Positions 34,422-43,916 of a DNA stretch of 62,631 nucleotides are shown here, in pieces. The position numbers and the translations under genes are program-made. This DNA comes from Nitriliruptoraceae bacterium (GTDB lineage: Bacteria > Actinomycetota > Nitriliruptoria > Nitriliruptorales > Nitriliruptoraceae): NCBI GenBank assembly GCA_007120465.1, contig SKNO01000149.1, forward strand, positions 1-62,631, given 5' to 3'. Position 1 is the stretch's first letter, and each line of letters begins with the position of its first letter. Under the pieces are notes generated by a model that was given only the letters and a program-made list of their open reading frames with translations, searched no databases and was not told where the DNA came from.

Positions 34422-36028
34422 GCTCCGAGCGGTCGGCGGTCGAGGTTCTCGGCAGGGTCGGCAGCCCGCCGATCGATGCACTGGCGCGTGCCACATGGGA
34501 CGCGATCGTGGTCGGTGCTGGGCACAACGGGCTCACGGCTGCGGCCTACCTCGCTCGAGCGGGGCGCCGCGTGCTCGTCCTCGAAGCACGGGAACGGATC
34601 GGCGGTGCCTGCACCCTGGAGGAGACGTGGCCGGGCTACCGGGTCTCGCCGTGCGCCTACCTCGCAGGGCTGCTGCATCCGGTGGTCATCGACGAGTTGG
34701 GACTGCGGGAGCGAGGGCTGCGATGGATCCCCGCTGACGGGGGGCTGTTCGTGCCGTTCGAGGACGGTTCGAGCGTCCAGCTGTGGGACGACCCCGAACG
34801 CTGTGAGGAGGAGGTCCGTCGGTTCGCGCCGGGTGATGTCGCGGGGTACCGGGAACTCGGCGCTCTGATCCAGCGGGTCGCCGATCGGTTGCGGCCGCCC
34901 GACGAGGACGACGTGTGGCTCGGGCGTGCGCCCTCCCGCGCAGAGATCGCCGACCGCGTCGCCCACGAGCCCGAGGCGCTGGGACTGCTCTTCGAGTGGT
35001 CCCAGGCCGACCTGCTGGGGCGCTACCTCGACGACGAGCGGTTGCGCGCGGCGCTGATGGGTCAGGGAGTGATCGGTACCTACGCCAGCCCCTTCGACCC
35101 CGGGACCGCATCGATCCACTTCCACCACTCCTGCGGCCGGATGCGTCCCGATCTGCCGGGCATGTGGGGGTACATCGAAGGCGGGATGGGGATGGTCTCC
35201 TTCCTCCTGCACGATGCCGCGGTGGACGCCGGGGCGACCGTCGCCGCCGGAGTGCCCGTGGGCGCCATCGTGCCGGAGGAAGGTGTGGTGCTCGAGGACG
35301 GCGTCGCGCTCCGTGCGCCCGTGGTGGTCGCCAACGCCGATCCACAGGTCACCGTGCGCCTGCTCGGGGAGCACGCCGATCCTGTCTGGAAGCGGCAGGT
35401 GGAGGCGATCCCGACCAGGAGCGCGACGGCGAAGCTGACCCTCGCTCTCTCGCGGCTGCCCACGTTCGCGGTGCGCGACCGCGACGGGCGGCTTCCCGCA
35501 CGCACGCAGATCAACACCCCGCTCACCGACGACGAGTGGCGCGCCAGCTTCGATGCGGCCTGCCGAGGCCAGCTCCCGGAGCGGGTGTGGACCGAGGACT
35601 ACCTGCAGACGGTCGTCGACCCCTCGATCGCGCCGCCCGGGAAGCACCTCATGAGCGTGTTCGCTCAGTACCTGCCCTCCGACCTCGCGGGTGGGTGGGA
35701 CGCCCGCCGGGAGGAGGTCGCTGCGGTGATCATCGGATCGATCGCCCGGTTCAGCCCGGGGTTCGAGGCGTCGATCGAGCACCTCGAGGTGCTCGGGCCG
35801 CCCGATATCGAACGCGAGGTCGGGTTGACGGGTGGGCACATCTTCCACGGCGAGTGCCTGCCCGATCACATGTGGGATCAGCGGCTGTCCGCCGTCACGC
35901 CGATGCCCGGCGTCTACCTCTGCGGTGCGGGCACCTACCCCGGTGGCAGCGTGATCGCGGTCAACGGGCGCAACGCCGCGGTGGAGGTACTCGCCGACCC
36001 CGAGGTGTTCACGCGACGCGCTCGGTAA
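34418..36028 (+). CDS. FAD-dependent amine-oxidase/phytoene-desaturase-family oxidoreductase
   Basis: GTG at 34418 overlaps the upstream stop (GTGA); the ORF-track start is 34403. DAIVVGAGHNGLTAAAYLARAG...LEARERIGG. Confidence 0.8.
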   Translation: MSSERSAVEVLGRVGSPPIDALARATWDAIVVGAGHNGLTAAAYLARAGRRVLVLEARERIGGACTLEETWPGYRVSPCAYLAGLLHPVVIDELGLRERGLRWIPADGGLFVPFEDGSSVQLWDDPERCEEEVRRFAPGDVAGYRELGALIQRVADRLRPPDEDDVWLGRAPSRAEIADRVAHEPEALGLLFEWSQADLLGRYLDDERLRAALMGQGVIGTYASPFDPGTASIHFHHSCGRMRPDLPGMWGYIEGGMGMVSFLLHDAAVDAGATVAAGVPVGAIVPEEGVVLEDGVALRAPVVVANADPQVTVRLLGEHADPVWKRQVEAIPTRSATAKLTLALSRLPTFAVRDRDGRLPARTQINTPLTDDEWRASFDAACRGQLPERVWTEDYLQTVVDPSIAPPGKHLMSVFAQYLPSDLAGGWDARREEVAAVIIGSIARFSPGFEASIEHLEVLGPPDIEREVGLTGGHIFHGECLPDHMWDQRLSAVTPMPGVYLCGAGTYPGGSVIAVNGRNAAVEVLADPEVFTRRAR

Positions 36029-36083
36029 CGTGCAGCGCGGCGCGCCGTGACTCGGCGCGCGGAGCCGGAGGGGTGATCGCAGC

Positions 36084-37199
36084 ATGGCGACGGTGACGAT
36101 CGGACTACCGAGCGAGATCAAGCAGGGGGAGCGGCGGGTGGCGTTGACCCCGTCGGCGGTCGCCTTCGCGATCGAACACGGCCACCGGGTGCTGGTGCAG
36201 GCCGGCGCCGGTGAGGGGGCCGGGTTCCCCGACCAGGCCTACGCGGCCGTGGGGGCGACGTTGGTCGACGACGCCGCGAAGGTGTGGGGCGCCGACGTGG
36301 TCGTCAAGGTCAAGGAGCCCCAGGAGAGCGAGCAGGCCCACTTCCGGCCGGACCTGACCCTGTTCGCCTACCTGCACCTCGCGGCGGAACCGGAGCTGAC
36401 CGCGGCGCTGGTGTCGTCCGGGACGCGCGCCTACGCCTTCGAGACGCTGACCGACGAGCACGGGCTGCCGCTGCTCGCGCCGATGTCGGAGATCGCCGGC
36501 CGGGCGGCGGCGATCGTCGGGGCGGCGCACCTATCGGCCGCCAACGGGGGGTCCGGGACGCTCGCGGGCGGCGCGGCGGGGGTGCCGCCGGCGAAAGCGG
36601 TCGTGATCGGGCTCGGCGTCGCCGGCACCATGGCGGCGCGGGGGCTGCGCGGGCTGGACGCGCACGTCACCGGCGTGGACATCGACCTGCAGCGGCTGTT
36701 CGACCACCACCTGGACGGGACGGTGGACGCGACGCAGGTCAGCGAGCCGGAGCTGGTCGCCCACCACGTGCGTGAGGCGGACGTGGTGGTCGGCGCGGCG
36801 CTGGTCCCCGGGGCGCGCGCCCCGGTGGTGGTCACCGAGGAGCACGTGCGCTCGATGCGGCCGGGCTCGGTGGTCGTGGACCTCGCGATCGACCAGGGCG
36901 GGTGCATCGCGACCTCGCGGCCGACGTCCCTGGGGGCGCCCACCTACGTCGAGCACGGCGTCGTCCACTACTGCGTGACCAACGTGCCGGGGCAGTTCCC
37001 CCGGACCGCGTCGGCGGCGTTGTCGGCCGCCGTCGCCCCGAAGCTGCTACGGCTCGCGGACGACGTCGCCGCCGGCCGGGCGGGCACGCCCCAGGAGTCC
37101 ACGGTCCTCCAGGGGGCGCTGAACGTCGCCGAGGGTGCGCTGGCCCACGCGGCGGTGGCCGACGCCTTCCCCGACCAGCCCGTCCGCGAGGTGCGGTGA
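36084..37199 (+). CDS. ald: Alanine dehydrogenase family protein, copy 2
   Basis: 371 aa, colinear with copy 1. Roughly four of five residues look identical by eye. Shares an exact 24-nt run (36432-36455 = 22558-22581). Confidence 0.85.
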   Translation: MATVTIGLPSEIKQGERRVALTPSAVAFAIEHGHRVLVQAGAGEGAGFPDQAYAAVGATLVDDAAKVWGADVVVKVKEPQESEQAHFRPDLTLFAYLHLAAEPELTAALVSSGTRAYAFETLTDEHGLPLLAPMSEIAGRAAAIVGAAHLSAANGGSGTLAGGAAGVPPAKAVVIGLGVAGTMAARGLRGLDAHVTGVDIDLQRLFDHHLDGTVDATQVSEPELVAHHVREADVVVGAALVPGARAPVVVTEEHVRSMRPGSVVVDLAIDQGGCIATSRPTSLGAPTYVEHGVVHYCVTNVPGQFPRTASAALSAAVAPKLLRLADDVAAGRAGTPQESTVLQGALNVAEGALAHAAVADAFPDQPVREVR

Positions 37200-37256
37200 G
37201 CGGTCGTCGGTCACCTCGCGCGACGGGCGGCGCCGCCACCGTCCTGACGCGGGCGC

Positions 37257-38750
37257 TCAGGCCTGCGGCGGTGCCACCTCGAGCCGCCCGTCGACACGGC
37301 GCGGGACACCGAGCGGGTTCCCGTCGCGCACGGCCTCGGGCAGCCACGGGTCGGGCACGTCCTGGTAGGCGACCGGACGCAGGAAGCGGCGGATCGCGGT
37401 GGCCCCGACGGAGGTGTGCAGCGGCGCGGTGGTTGCCGGCCACGGCCCGCCGTGGTGCTGTGACCAGGTCACCGCGACGCCCGTCGGCCACCCACCGTGG
37501 ATCACCCGTCCGGCCAGCCGCGTCATCCGCTCGATGATCGGTCCGAACATCGGGAGGTCGTCGGGCTCCGCGTGGATCGCCGCGGTGAGGCTGCCGGGGA
37601 ACACCTCGAGCACGGCGTCGAGGTCGTCCTCGTCCCGGTAGCGGACGAGCAGGGTGAGCGGCCCGAAGCACTCCTCGAGGAGCCGATCGGCCGCCGCCCG
37701 CAGCGTGTCCGTCGAGGTCGCCAGCACCACCGGCGCGGCGGCACGGCCCGCCACCGCACCGTCGGGGTCGCCGGCCACCACCTCGACGTCCTCGAGGTGG
37801 GCGAGCCGGGCGAGGCCGTCGGAGAACCGCTCGGCGATGCCGTCGGTGAGCATCGTGGCGGGCTCGGTCTCACCGAGGGCCGCCGCGACGGCGGTCTCGA
37901 ACCCCGACCCGTCGGGGATCAGGACGATGCCGGGCTTGGTGCAGAACTGGCCCGTGCCGAGGGTGAAGGAGCCCACCAGCCCGTGGGCGAGGTCCTCGGA
38001 GCGGGCGACGATCGCGCGCGGGGTGAGGACCACCGGGTTGAGCGAGCCGAGTTCCCCGTAGAAGGGGATCGGGTCCGGTCGGGAGCAGGCGAGCTGGAAC
38101 AGGGCACGGCCACCGGCCAGGGAGCCGGTGAACCCGATGGCGGTGATCCGCGGGTCGGTGACGAGCGCCCGGCCGGCCTCGAACCCCTCGATCAGCGCGA
38201 AGGTCCCGTCCGGTGCGCCCGCGTCCCGCAGCGCCTCGGCGACGAGGTCGCCCGTCGCCCGGGAGGTGCGCGGATGACCGGGATGGGCCTTGACCACCAC
38301 GGGGCATCCGGCGGCGAGGGCGGACGCGCTGTCGCCGCCGGCGACGCTGAACGCGAAGGGGAAGTTGCCGGCGGCGAACACCGCCACCGGGCCGAGCGGT
38401 CGGAGCATCCGCCGCAGGTCCGGTCGTGGCGGTGCAGCGTCGGGGTCGGCATGGTCGATCGCGACCTCGAGGTAGCTGCCCTCCTCGACCACGTCGGCGA
38501 ACAGCCGCAGCTGGCCGGAGGTGCGGGCGACCTCGCCGGTCAGGCGGGGCAGCCCGAGGGCGGTCTCCTGGTCGGCCACGGCTGCGAGGGCGTCACGCTG
38601 GGCGTCCAGGGCGTCGGCGACGGCGCGGAGCCATCCCGCACGTTCGGGCAGGGGGCTCGCGGCCACCGTCGGCGCGGCGTCGGCGGCGGGACGGGTCACC
38701 TCGGCGACGCTGGTCTCGTCGGGGGACCGGTCGGGGTGCTGGTGCGGCAT
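37257..38750 (-). CDS. NADP-type aldehyde dehydrogenase, alpha-ketoglutarate-semialdehyde (2,5-dioxovalerate) dehydrogenase-like
   Basis: ATG at 38750 (MPHQHPDRS...) inside the 815-aa ORF. FTGSLAGGRALF, ELGSLNPVVL and GQFCTKPG. Confidence 0.8.
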   Translation of the reverse strand: MPHQHPDRSPDETSVAEVTRPAADAAPTVAASPLPERAGWLRAVADALDAQRDALAAVADQETALGLPRLTGEVARTSGQLRLFADVVEEGSYLEVAIDHADPDAAPPRPDLRRMLRPLGPVAVFAAGNFPFAFSVAGGDSASALAAGCPVVVKAHPGHPRTSRATGDLVAEALRDAGAPDGTFALIEGFEAGRALVTDPRITAIGFTGSLAGGRALFQLACSRPDPIPFYGELGSLNPVVLTPRAIVARSEDLAHGLVGSFTLGTGQFCTKPGIVLIPDGSGFETAVAAALGETEPATMLTDGIAERFSDGLARLAHLEDVEVVAGDPDGAVAGRAAAPVVLATSTDTLRAAADRLLEECFGPLTLLVRYRDEDDLDAVLEVFPGSLTAAIHAEPDDLPMFGPIIERMTRLAGRVIHGGWPTGVAVTWSQHHGGPWPATTAPLHTSVGATAIRRFLRPVAYQDVPDPWLPEAVRDGNPLGVPRRVDGRLEVAPPQA

Positions 38751-38931
38751 GCGGGGATCCCTCCTCGTCTCGCGCGCCACCGTAGGCGCTGGTGGAGGCT
38801 GGTTGCAGCGCTGGCGTCGATCGGACGTCGGGGGTCCTGCCCGTGGCGGGCCGGTCGGCCACGGCCGGTACCGTCGGAGGGGCAGGGCCCGGCCACCCGG
38901 GGCCGTGCGCCGACCGTCACCGGGAGCCTCG

Positions 38932-39726
38932 ATGAGCGACTCGGACCAGGACCGCGAGCGCGGGTCCCTCGCCGACGACGCCCCTGAGGGCGCGGTCGCG
39001 CCCGACGTCCCCGACGAGCACGACGACCTCGACGAGCTCGACGCTCGCCGGCGTGGGCGCGGACGGTGGGTGCTGGCGCTGATCCTCGCCGTGCTGCTGG
39101 TGATCCCGGCCACGGGGGTGTTCGTCGACGAGCTGGACTTCGGACGCTCCGCCGAGGAGGTCCGCGAGCAGCTCGGGGCGGGCGATCCGCTGCTCGACGC
39201 CGTGCTCCTCGTCCGGACGGTCGCCTGCGACGGCCAGGTCAGCACGGGTAGCGCCTTCGCGCTGGACGTGGGAGGCGAGCCGGTGCTGATCACCAACCGC
39301 CACGTGGTCGACCGGGCGGCCTCGATCGGGGTGCGCCCGCTGACCGGTGGGCCGACCGAGCGGGTGCGTTCGCACCGGGTCTCGCTCACCCGCGACGTCG
39401 CCGTGCTCACCCTCGCAGACGACACGCTCACCCCCACACCCCTCATCCCGGCGCAGGTGGTCCGGATGGGTGCGCCGATCCGGATCGTCGGGTTCCCGGG
39501 CGGTCGGCCGGCGACCGCCACCGGCAGCGTCGCGCAGGTGGTCAGCGACCGGATGCTGCTCGACGTCTCGGTGCAGCAGGGCAGCTCCGGTTCCCCGGTC
39601 ATCGACGACGACGGCGAGGTGGTGGGCATCGTCACCGCGCGGACCGAGGACGGGCGCGGGCTCGCCCTGCCCGTCAGCACCCTGCTGGACGCCGTCGGGT
39701 CCACCGTCCCGGCGCCGGCCTGTTGA
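38932..39726 (+). CDS. Membrane-anchored trypsin-like (S1 family) serine protease
   Basis: ATG at 38932 within ORF 38521..39726. Acidic N-terminus, TM helix WVLALILAVLLVIPATGVF. Catalytic triad context NRHVV / RDVAVL / GSSGSP. Confidence 0.8.
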   Translation: MSDSDQDRERGSLADDAPEGAVAPDVPDEHDDLDELDARRRGRGRWVLALILAVLLVIPATGVFVDELDFGRSAEEVREQLGAGDPLLDAVLLVRTVACDGQVSTGSAFALDVGGEPVLITNRHVVDRAASIGVRPLTGGPTERVRSHRVSLTRDVAVLTLADDTLTPTPLIPAQVVRMGAPIRIVGFPGGRPATATGSVAQVVSDRMLLDVSVQQGSSGSPVIDDDGEVVGIVTARTEDGRGLALPVSTLLDAVGSTVPAPAC

Positions 39727-39760
39727 TCCGCGGCGGGCGTCGGGGATCAGCCGTGCGGTG

Positions 39761-40186
39761 TCAGTCGTCGTCCTGCCCGACCAGGGCGTTGGGGTCGATC
39801 AGGCCACCGGCGGCCGCGAGCGCCCCGGCCGTGGCGACCGCCCGGTCGTACACCGCGGTGAAGTAGTGCACGGCGATCTGCTCGTGGCCGGGAAGGGGCG
39901 GTGGACCGAGCGAGCGGGGCACCGCCGCCGGGTCGTCGGTGATCCGGACGTCCGGGGTGCTCGCGGGCAGCTTGGCGGGATCGCCCCAGAAGCCGGCGCC
40001 ACCGCGGGATGGCTTGCGGCGCTTGCGGCCACGCTTGCCCTGGCCGCGCCCGCCGCCACCCTGCTGACCACTGCTCTGTGGGCGTCCGCCCCGGCCGCGG
40101 TTGCCGCGGGGACGTCCGTGGCCCGAGCCGTGGCTCGATGGACCGCCACCCTGCTGGGGCCGGTGGCCGTCACCCTTGCGCGCCAT
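39761..40186 (-). CDS. Hypothetical Arg/Gly-rich (RGG-like) small protein coupled to the SNF2 helicase
   Basis: About 141 aa. The start (ATG 40186 or GTG 40189) overlaps the helicase TGA. The N-terminal half is G/R/Q low complexity. The C-terminal half (FWGDPAKLP...VHYFTAVYDRAV) looks globular. Confidence 0.55.
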   Translation of the reverse strand: MARKGDGHRPQQGGGPSSHGSGHGRPRGNRGRGGRPQSSGQQGGGGRGQGKRGRKRRKPSRGGAGFWGDPAKLPASTPDVRITDDPAAVPRSLGPPPLPGHEQIAVHYFTAVYDRAVATAGALAAAGGLIDPNALVGQDDD

Positions 40187-43100
40187 CACGCATCACCTCC
40201 GTTGCGGACCAGGGAGGAGTCGAGGTCCTCGGCCAGCAGGACGTCCTGGTCGATCCCCAGGGCCCGGCGCAACTGGTCGCCGTCGAGGTCGCCGACCGAA
40301 CTGGACTTCGGCAGGGCGATGTCGGCGATCCGGCGCTTGCCGGCCACAACCTCCTCGACCCGCTCGTCCACGGTCCCCGGGCAGACCAGCCGGTGCGCGA
40401 CGACGGTGTTGCGCTGGCCGATCCGCCAGACCCGGTCGCGGGCCTGGTCCTCGACCGCCGGGTTCCACCACCGGTCGTACAGGACGACGTGGCTGGCCGC
40501 GGTGAGGTTGAGTCCCGTCCCACCGGCCTTGAGCGACAGCACCAGCGCGCCCGGGCCCTCACCCGCCTGGAACTCCTTGATCATCGTGTCGCGGGCACCA
40601 CGGGACAGGCCGCCGTGGTAGCAGGAGATCGGGATCCCGAACCGCTCGGTGAGGTGCGTGGCCAGCCGCTCACCCCACGTCGCGAAGTGGGTGAAGATCA
40701 GCATGCGCTCCTGCGACTCGAACACGTTGTCGACGATCTCCTCGAGCCGGGTCAGCTTGCCGGAGCGTCCCTCGAGTGGTCCGTCGTCGCGCGTGTACGC
40801 GGCCGGGTGGTTGCAGATCTGCTTGAGCGCCGTGATCGCGGCCAGGACGGCGCCCTTGCGCTTGGTCGGGGCGTCCTCGTCGGCGGTGGTGGCGACCAGC
40901 TCGTCGAGCACGGCCTGGTACAGGCCGATCTGCTCGGTGGTCATCGGGCAGTGGTCGAGGGCGTCGATGCGGTCGGGCAGCTCCTCCGCGATCACCGGCT
41001 CCGCCTTGGTGCGGCGGAACACCAGCACGCCGTTGAGGGTCTTCAGAGCCGACTCCGCGCTGCTGCCGCCCTCCGCGGCCTTCTGCATCTGTGCGACGAA
41101 GGTCGCCCGATCCCCGAGCAGGCCCGGGTTGACGAAGTCCATCAGCGCCCACAGGTCCCCGAGGCCGTTCTCGATCGGGGTTCCCGTGAGCACGACCCGG
41201 GTACGGGCGTCGAGGCGCCGCAGCTGCTGGGCGGTCTCGCTCGCCGGGTTCTTGATCACCTGGGCCTCGTCCAGGACCACCTTGGCCCACCGGATCTCCT
41301 CGAGGGCGTCGATGTCCCGGACCGCGGTGCCGTAGGTGGTGATCAGCACGTCGGCCTCCGCCACCTCGTCGGCGATGCGGTGCTTCTCCGTCCGCGACTG
41401 GCCGTGGTGCACGCCGACCCGCAGCCCCGGCACGAAGTTGCGGGCCTCCGAGGCCCAGTTGCCGACCACGGCGGGCGGGGCGATCACCAGCGCCGGTCCG
41501 TGCTCGGTGCCGTCCAGCAGGTGTGCCAGCATCGTGGGGGTCTTGCCCAGCCCCATGTCCAGGGCGAGGCACCCGCCGAGGCCAGCCGAGTCCAGGAACT
41601 CGAGCCAGGCCAGGGCGTTGGCCTGGTAGCTGCGTAGCTCACCATCGAAGCCCTCCGGCCGCGTCGGAGGATGCTCCGGGATCTCCGCCGCGGAGCGCAG
41701 GAGGTTGGCAGCCCAGCTGTCGCCCGCGACCGCGACGGGGTAGCGGGTCGACTCGTCGAGCCCCAGGGCGTAGCGCAGCATGTCCGCGCCCGACAGGCGG
41801 GTCTGGTCCGCCCGCTCGGCCAGGGCTGCCGCCGCAGCCTCTAGGTCCGCGTGCGACACCTCGACCCAGCGGCCCTGGGAGCGCACCAGCGGCTTGGACT
41901 CCTTGGACAGGCGCGCGATGTCCTCCGCGGTGAGCTCGACGTCGTCGAACACCGCGGACCAGCGCACGTCGCTGAGCTGCTGCGCGCCGACGGCGGTGTC
42001 CTGGGCGCCGAGGGAGGTGATCCGCAGCGACGGCGTGGCCTTCCTCGGGGACAGCGGCGGGACGCGCACCTCGAAGCCGGCGGCCTCGAGCACCGCACCC
42101 CGCGAGGCCATCAGCTCCCACGCCTCGTCCTGGCTCAGGATCACCTGGCCGCGGCGCGTGTCCTTGCCACGGGCGAGGGGCTCGTAGAGGCTCTCGAGAC
42201 GCTCGAGCTCCCGCTTCAGCCGCTCCTTGCGCTCGTGGTTGGCGCGGGACATCGCCGCTTCGACGTTCTCGTCCTTGCGGCGGCCGTCCGAGGTGAGGGT
42301 GCGCACGAGCCACGCGTCGCCCTCGTCCGGCGGGTCGAGCTGCACCGTCAGGGCGAACCGGGTCGTGCCGGTGACGCTCTCCGCCCAGGTCTTCAGGCCC
42401 TTGCGTACCTCGGTGCCCTGCTGGTGCGGCGCCTCGAAGGTGGAGCCGTCCAGTCGTGCCAGCGCGGTCTCGGCGATCTCGGAGGCCCGCTGCGGCTGCG
42501 GCGGTGGCGCCGGCACCTCGACCCTGGCCGCCGCTTCGCGGCAGATCGCGTCGACGAGGCCGGCGACGATCGTCCGGGTCATCTTGCGGGGGTCGCGCTC
42601 CCGTTCCACGGCGGCGACCGTCCCGGGCATCGCCTTGGCGAGCTCGGTCAGCTCCTCGTGGTCGATCAGCGTCGGCTCCCACCGCACCGCGAAGTAGGAG
42701 CGGTTCGCCGGTGCGTCACCGACCTTGCGCAGCTGCGGGACCATGCGGCCCTGGGCGACGAGCCGGACCGCGAGCGCCGCCACCAAGCCCATCCAGGTCA
42801 CGCTGGCACCGAGCTGGTCGTCCTCGGCGGTGCTGCCGAGGGACACCAACCAGCCGAGGCTCTGCTGCAGCGGCGCGACCACCGCCTCGGCGGTGCGGCC
42901 GTCAGGGAGGGACACCGCGTCGGTCGGCGCCCAGCTGTCCGCGGCGGCGCCGGCGGCGGACAGGCGCTCGCGCACCGCTTCGACGGGCTCGGGCGGGTGT
43001 TCCCCGCCGGCGCCCCAGGCGACGACGCTCCCGCGCGCCCACGACAGCTGCAGCTGCGGGTGGGGGATCGCCGGCACGCCCTCGGGCCGCTCCGGCTCCT

Positions 43101-43479
43101 TCGTCGCAACCTGCTGCTGGCGCGGCGTACGTCGCTGCGGGGCGCGGCTCCTGGCGCCGTTGGTGCCGGGAGGGGTCGGGGTCGGGGGCACGACCGGACG
43201 CTCGCCGGTCAGCTCGACGAGCACCTCGTCGATGCGGTCACGTTCGCCCTCGAAGTCGGCCAGCACGAGCGAACGCTCGGGGCCGGTCAGCTGGCGCCCG
43301 AGCCGCTCGATCCGGTCCTGCACGTCCCGGCGCAGGGCCTTGAGCGCGACGACCCAGTCGTCCACGTTGGCCCGGAGCAGCGCCACGTCCTCCTCGGACG
43401 CGAAGCCGTCCAGGTGGCTCTGTGCGAGCTCCTGGAGGTCGTCGAGCGTGAGCTTCGACATGTCGGTCGTGATCGTCAT
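40186..43479 (-). CDS. SNF2-family DEAD/DEAH-box helicase with a long N-terminal SNF2-associated region
   Basis: ATG at 43479 preceded by GGAAGAG. Motif I LALDMGLGKT, motif II VVLDEAQVIKN, LTGTPIEN, and C-terminal helicase motifs (LSLKAGGTGLNLT, QARDRVWRIGQ). Confidence 0.9.
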   Translation of the reverse strand: MTITTDMSKLTLDDLQELAQSHLDGFASEEDVALLRANVDDWVVALKALRRDVQDRIERLGRQLTGPERSLVLADFEGERDRIDEVLVELTGERPVVPPTPTPPGTNGARSRAPQRRTPRQQQVATKEPERPEGVPAIPHPQLQLSWARGSVVAWGAGGEHPPEPVEAVRERLSAAGAAADSWAPTDAVSLPDGRTAEAVVAPLQQSLGWLVSLGSTAEDDQLGASVTWMGLVAALAVRLVAQGRMVPQLRKVGDAPANRSYFAVRWEPTLIDHEELTELAKAMPGTVAAVERERDPRKMTRTIVAGLVDAICREAAARVEVPAPPPQPQRASEIAETALARLDGSTFEAPHQQGTEVRKGLKTWAESVTGTTRFALTVQLDPPDEGDAWLVRTLTSDGRRKDENVEAAMSRANHERKERLKRELERLESLYEPLARGKDTRRGQVILSQDEAWELMASRGAVLEAAGFEVRVPPLSPRKATPSLRITSLGAQDTAVGAQQLSDVRWSAVFDDVELTAEDIARLSKESKPLVRSQGRWVEVSHADLEAAAAALAERADQTRLSGADMLRYALGLDESTRYPVAVAGDSWAANLLRSAAEIPEHPPTRPEGFDGELRSYQANALAWLEFLDSAGLGGCLALDMGLGKTPTMLAHLLDGTEHGPALVIAPPAVVGNWASEARNFVPGLRVGVHHGQSRTEKHRIADEVAEADVLITTYGTAVRDIDALEEIRWAKVVLDEAQVIKNPASETAQQLRRLDARTRVVLTGTPIENGLGDLWALMDFVNPGLLGDRATFVAQMQKAAEGGSSAESALKTLNGVLVFRRTKAEPVIAEELPDRIDALDHCPMTTEQIGLYQAVLDELVATTADEDAPTKRKGAVLAAITALKQICNHPAAYTRDDGPLEGRSGKLTRLEEIVDNVFESQERMLIFTHFATWGERLATHLTERFGIPISCYHGGLSRGARDTMIKEFQAGEGPGALVLSLKAGGTGLNLTAASHVVLYDRWWNPAVEDQARDRVWRIGQRNTVVAHRLVCPGTVDERVEEVVAGKRRIADIALPKSSSVGDLDGDQLRRALGIDQDVLLAEDLDSSLVRNGGDA

Positions 43480-43916
43480 CTCTTCCGTACGTGGACGTCC
43501 GACGCTTCCGCCGTCGTCCGGTCCTGCTCCCCAGCGGGTCGTGTGCCCGCTCCTCGCCGGCAACCTTCTCTGCCGGCGCCACGTTCCGTGGTCGCGTCCC
43601 CACGCGCTCGTGACCGGTGGACCCCAACCTCGGTGCCGGTGCATGCCCTGTGGCGGGCATCCCATCGCCACGGCGGCGAAGCGGGACGACCGCGCCTGTC
43701 ACGTCGTCACCGCTGGAGTCCGACGACCGGTTGCGGCGGGTGGCCGTCCTCGTGTGCCCGTACGGGTTCCGGTGGAGATCCGGGGGCGTGACGCGGCCGT
43801 GGGTCGGTCTCCGGCGGTCCCCACCAGACTACCGTCCCGGGGCCGTTCGCGACAGTATCGATCCGTTCCTGCTGCGTGCGGGTTCGGCTGGGTGTCCCGG
43901 ACCGCGACAACCGGCC

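Noticed and set aside
38751-39704. Upstream 318 codons of the 815-aa ORF 37257..39704, as an N-terminal extension of the aldehyde dehydrogenase
   Set aside because: The extension is Ser/Arg/Pro-rich nonsense and runs antisense to the trypsin-like protease gene. ALDH similarity begins at the internal ATG (38750).
43560-43700. Possible cobalamin riboswitch upstream of the B12-dependent icmF (a B12-box-like AGCGGGACGACCGCGCC and a GCCAC element)
   Set aside because: Other core elements (GGGAA, GGTG...AATCC, CCCGCAACTGT-type) are not visible. The match carries an insertion, it lies about 300 nt from the start codon, and B12 riboswitches normally do not control B12-dependent enzymes. An Infernal RF00174 scan would settle it.
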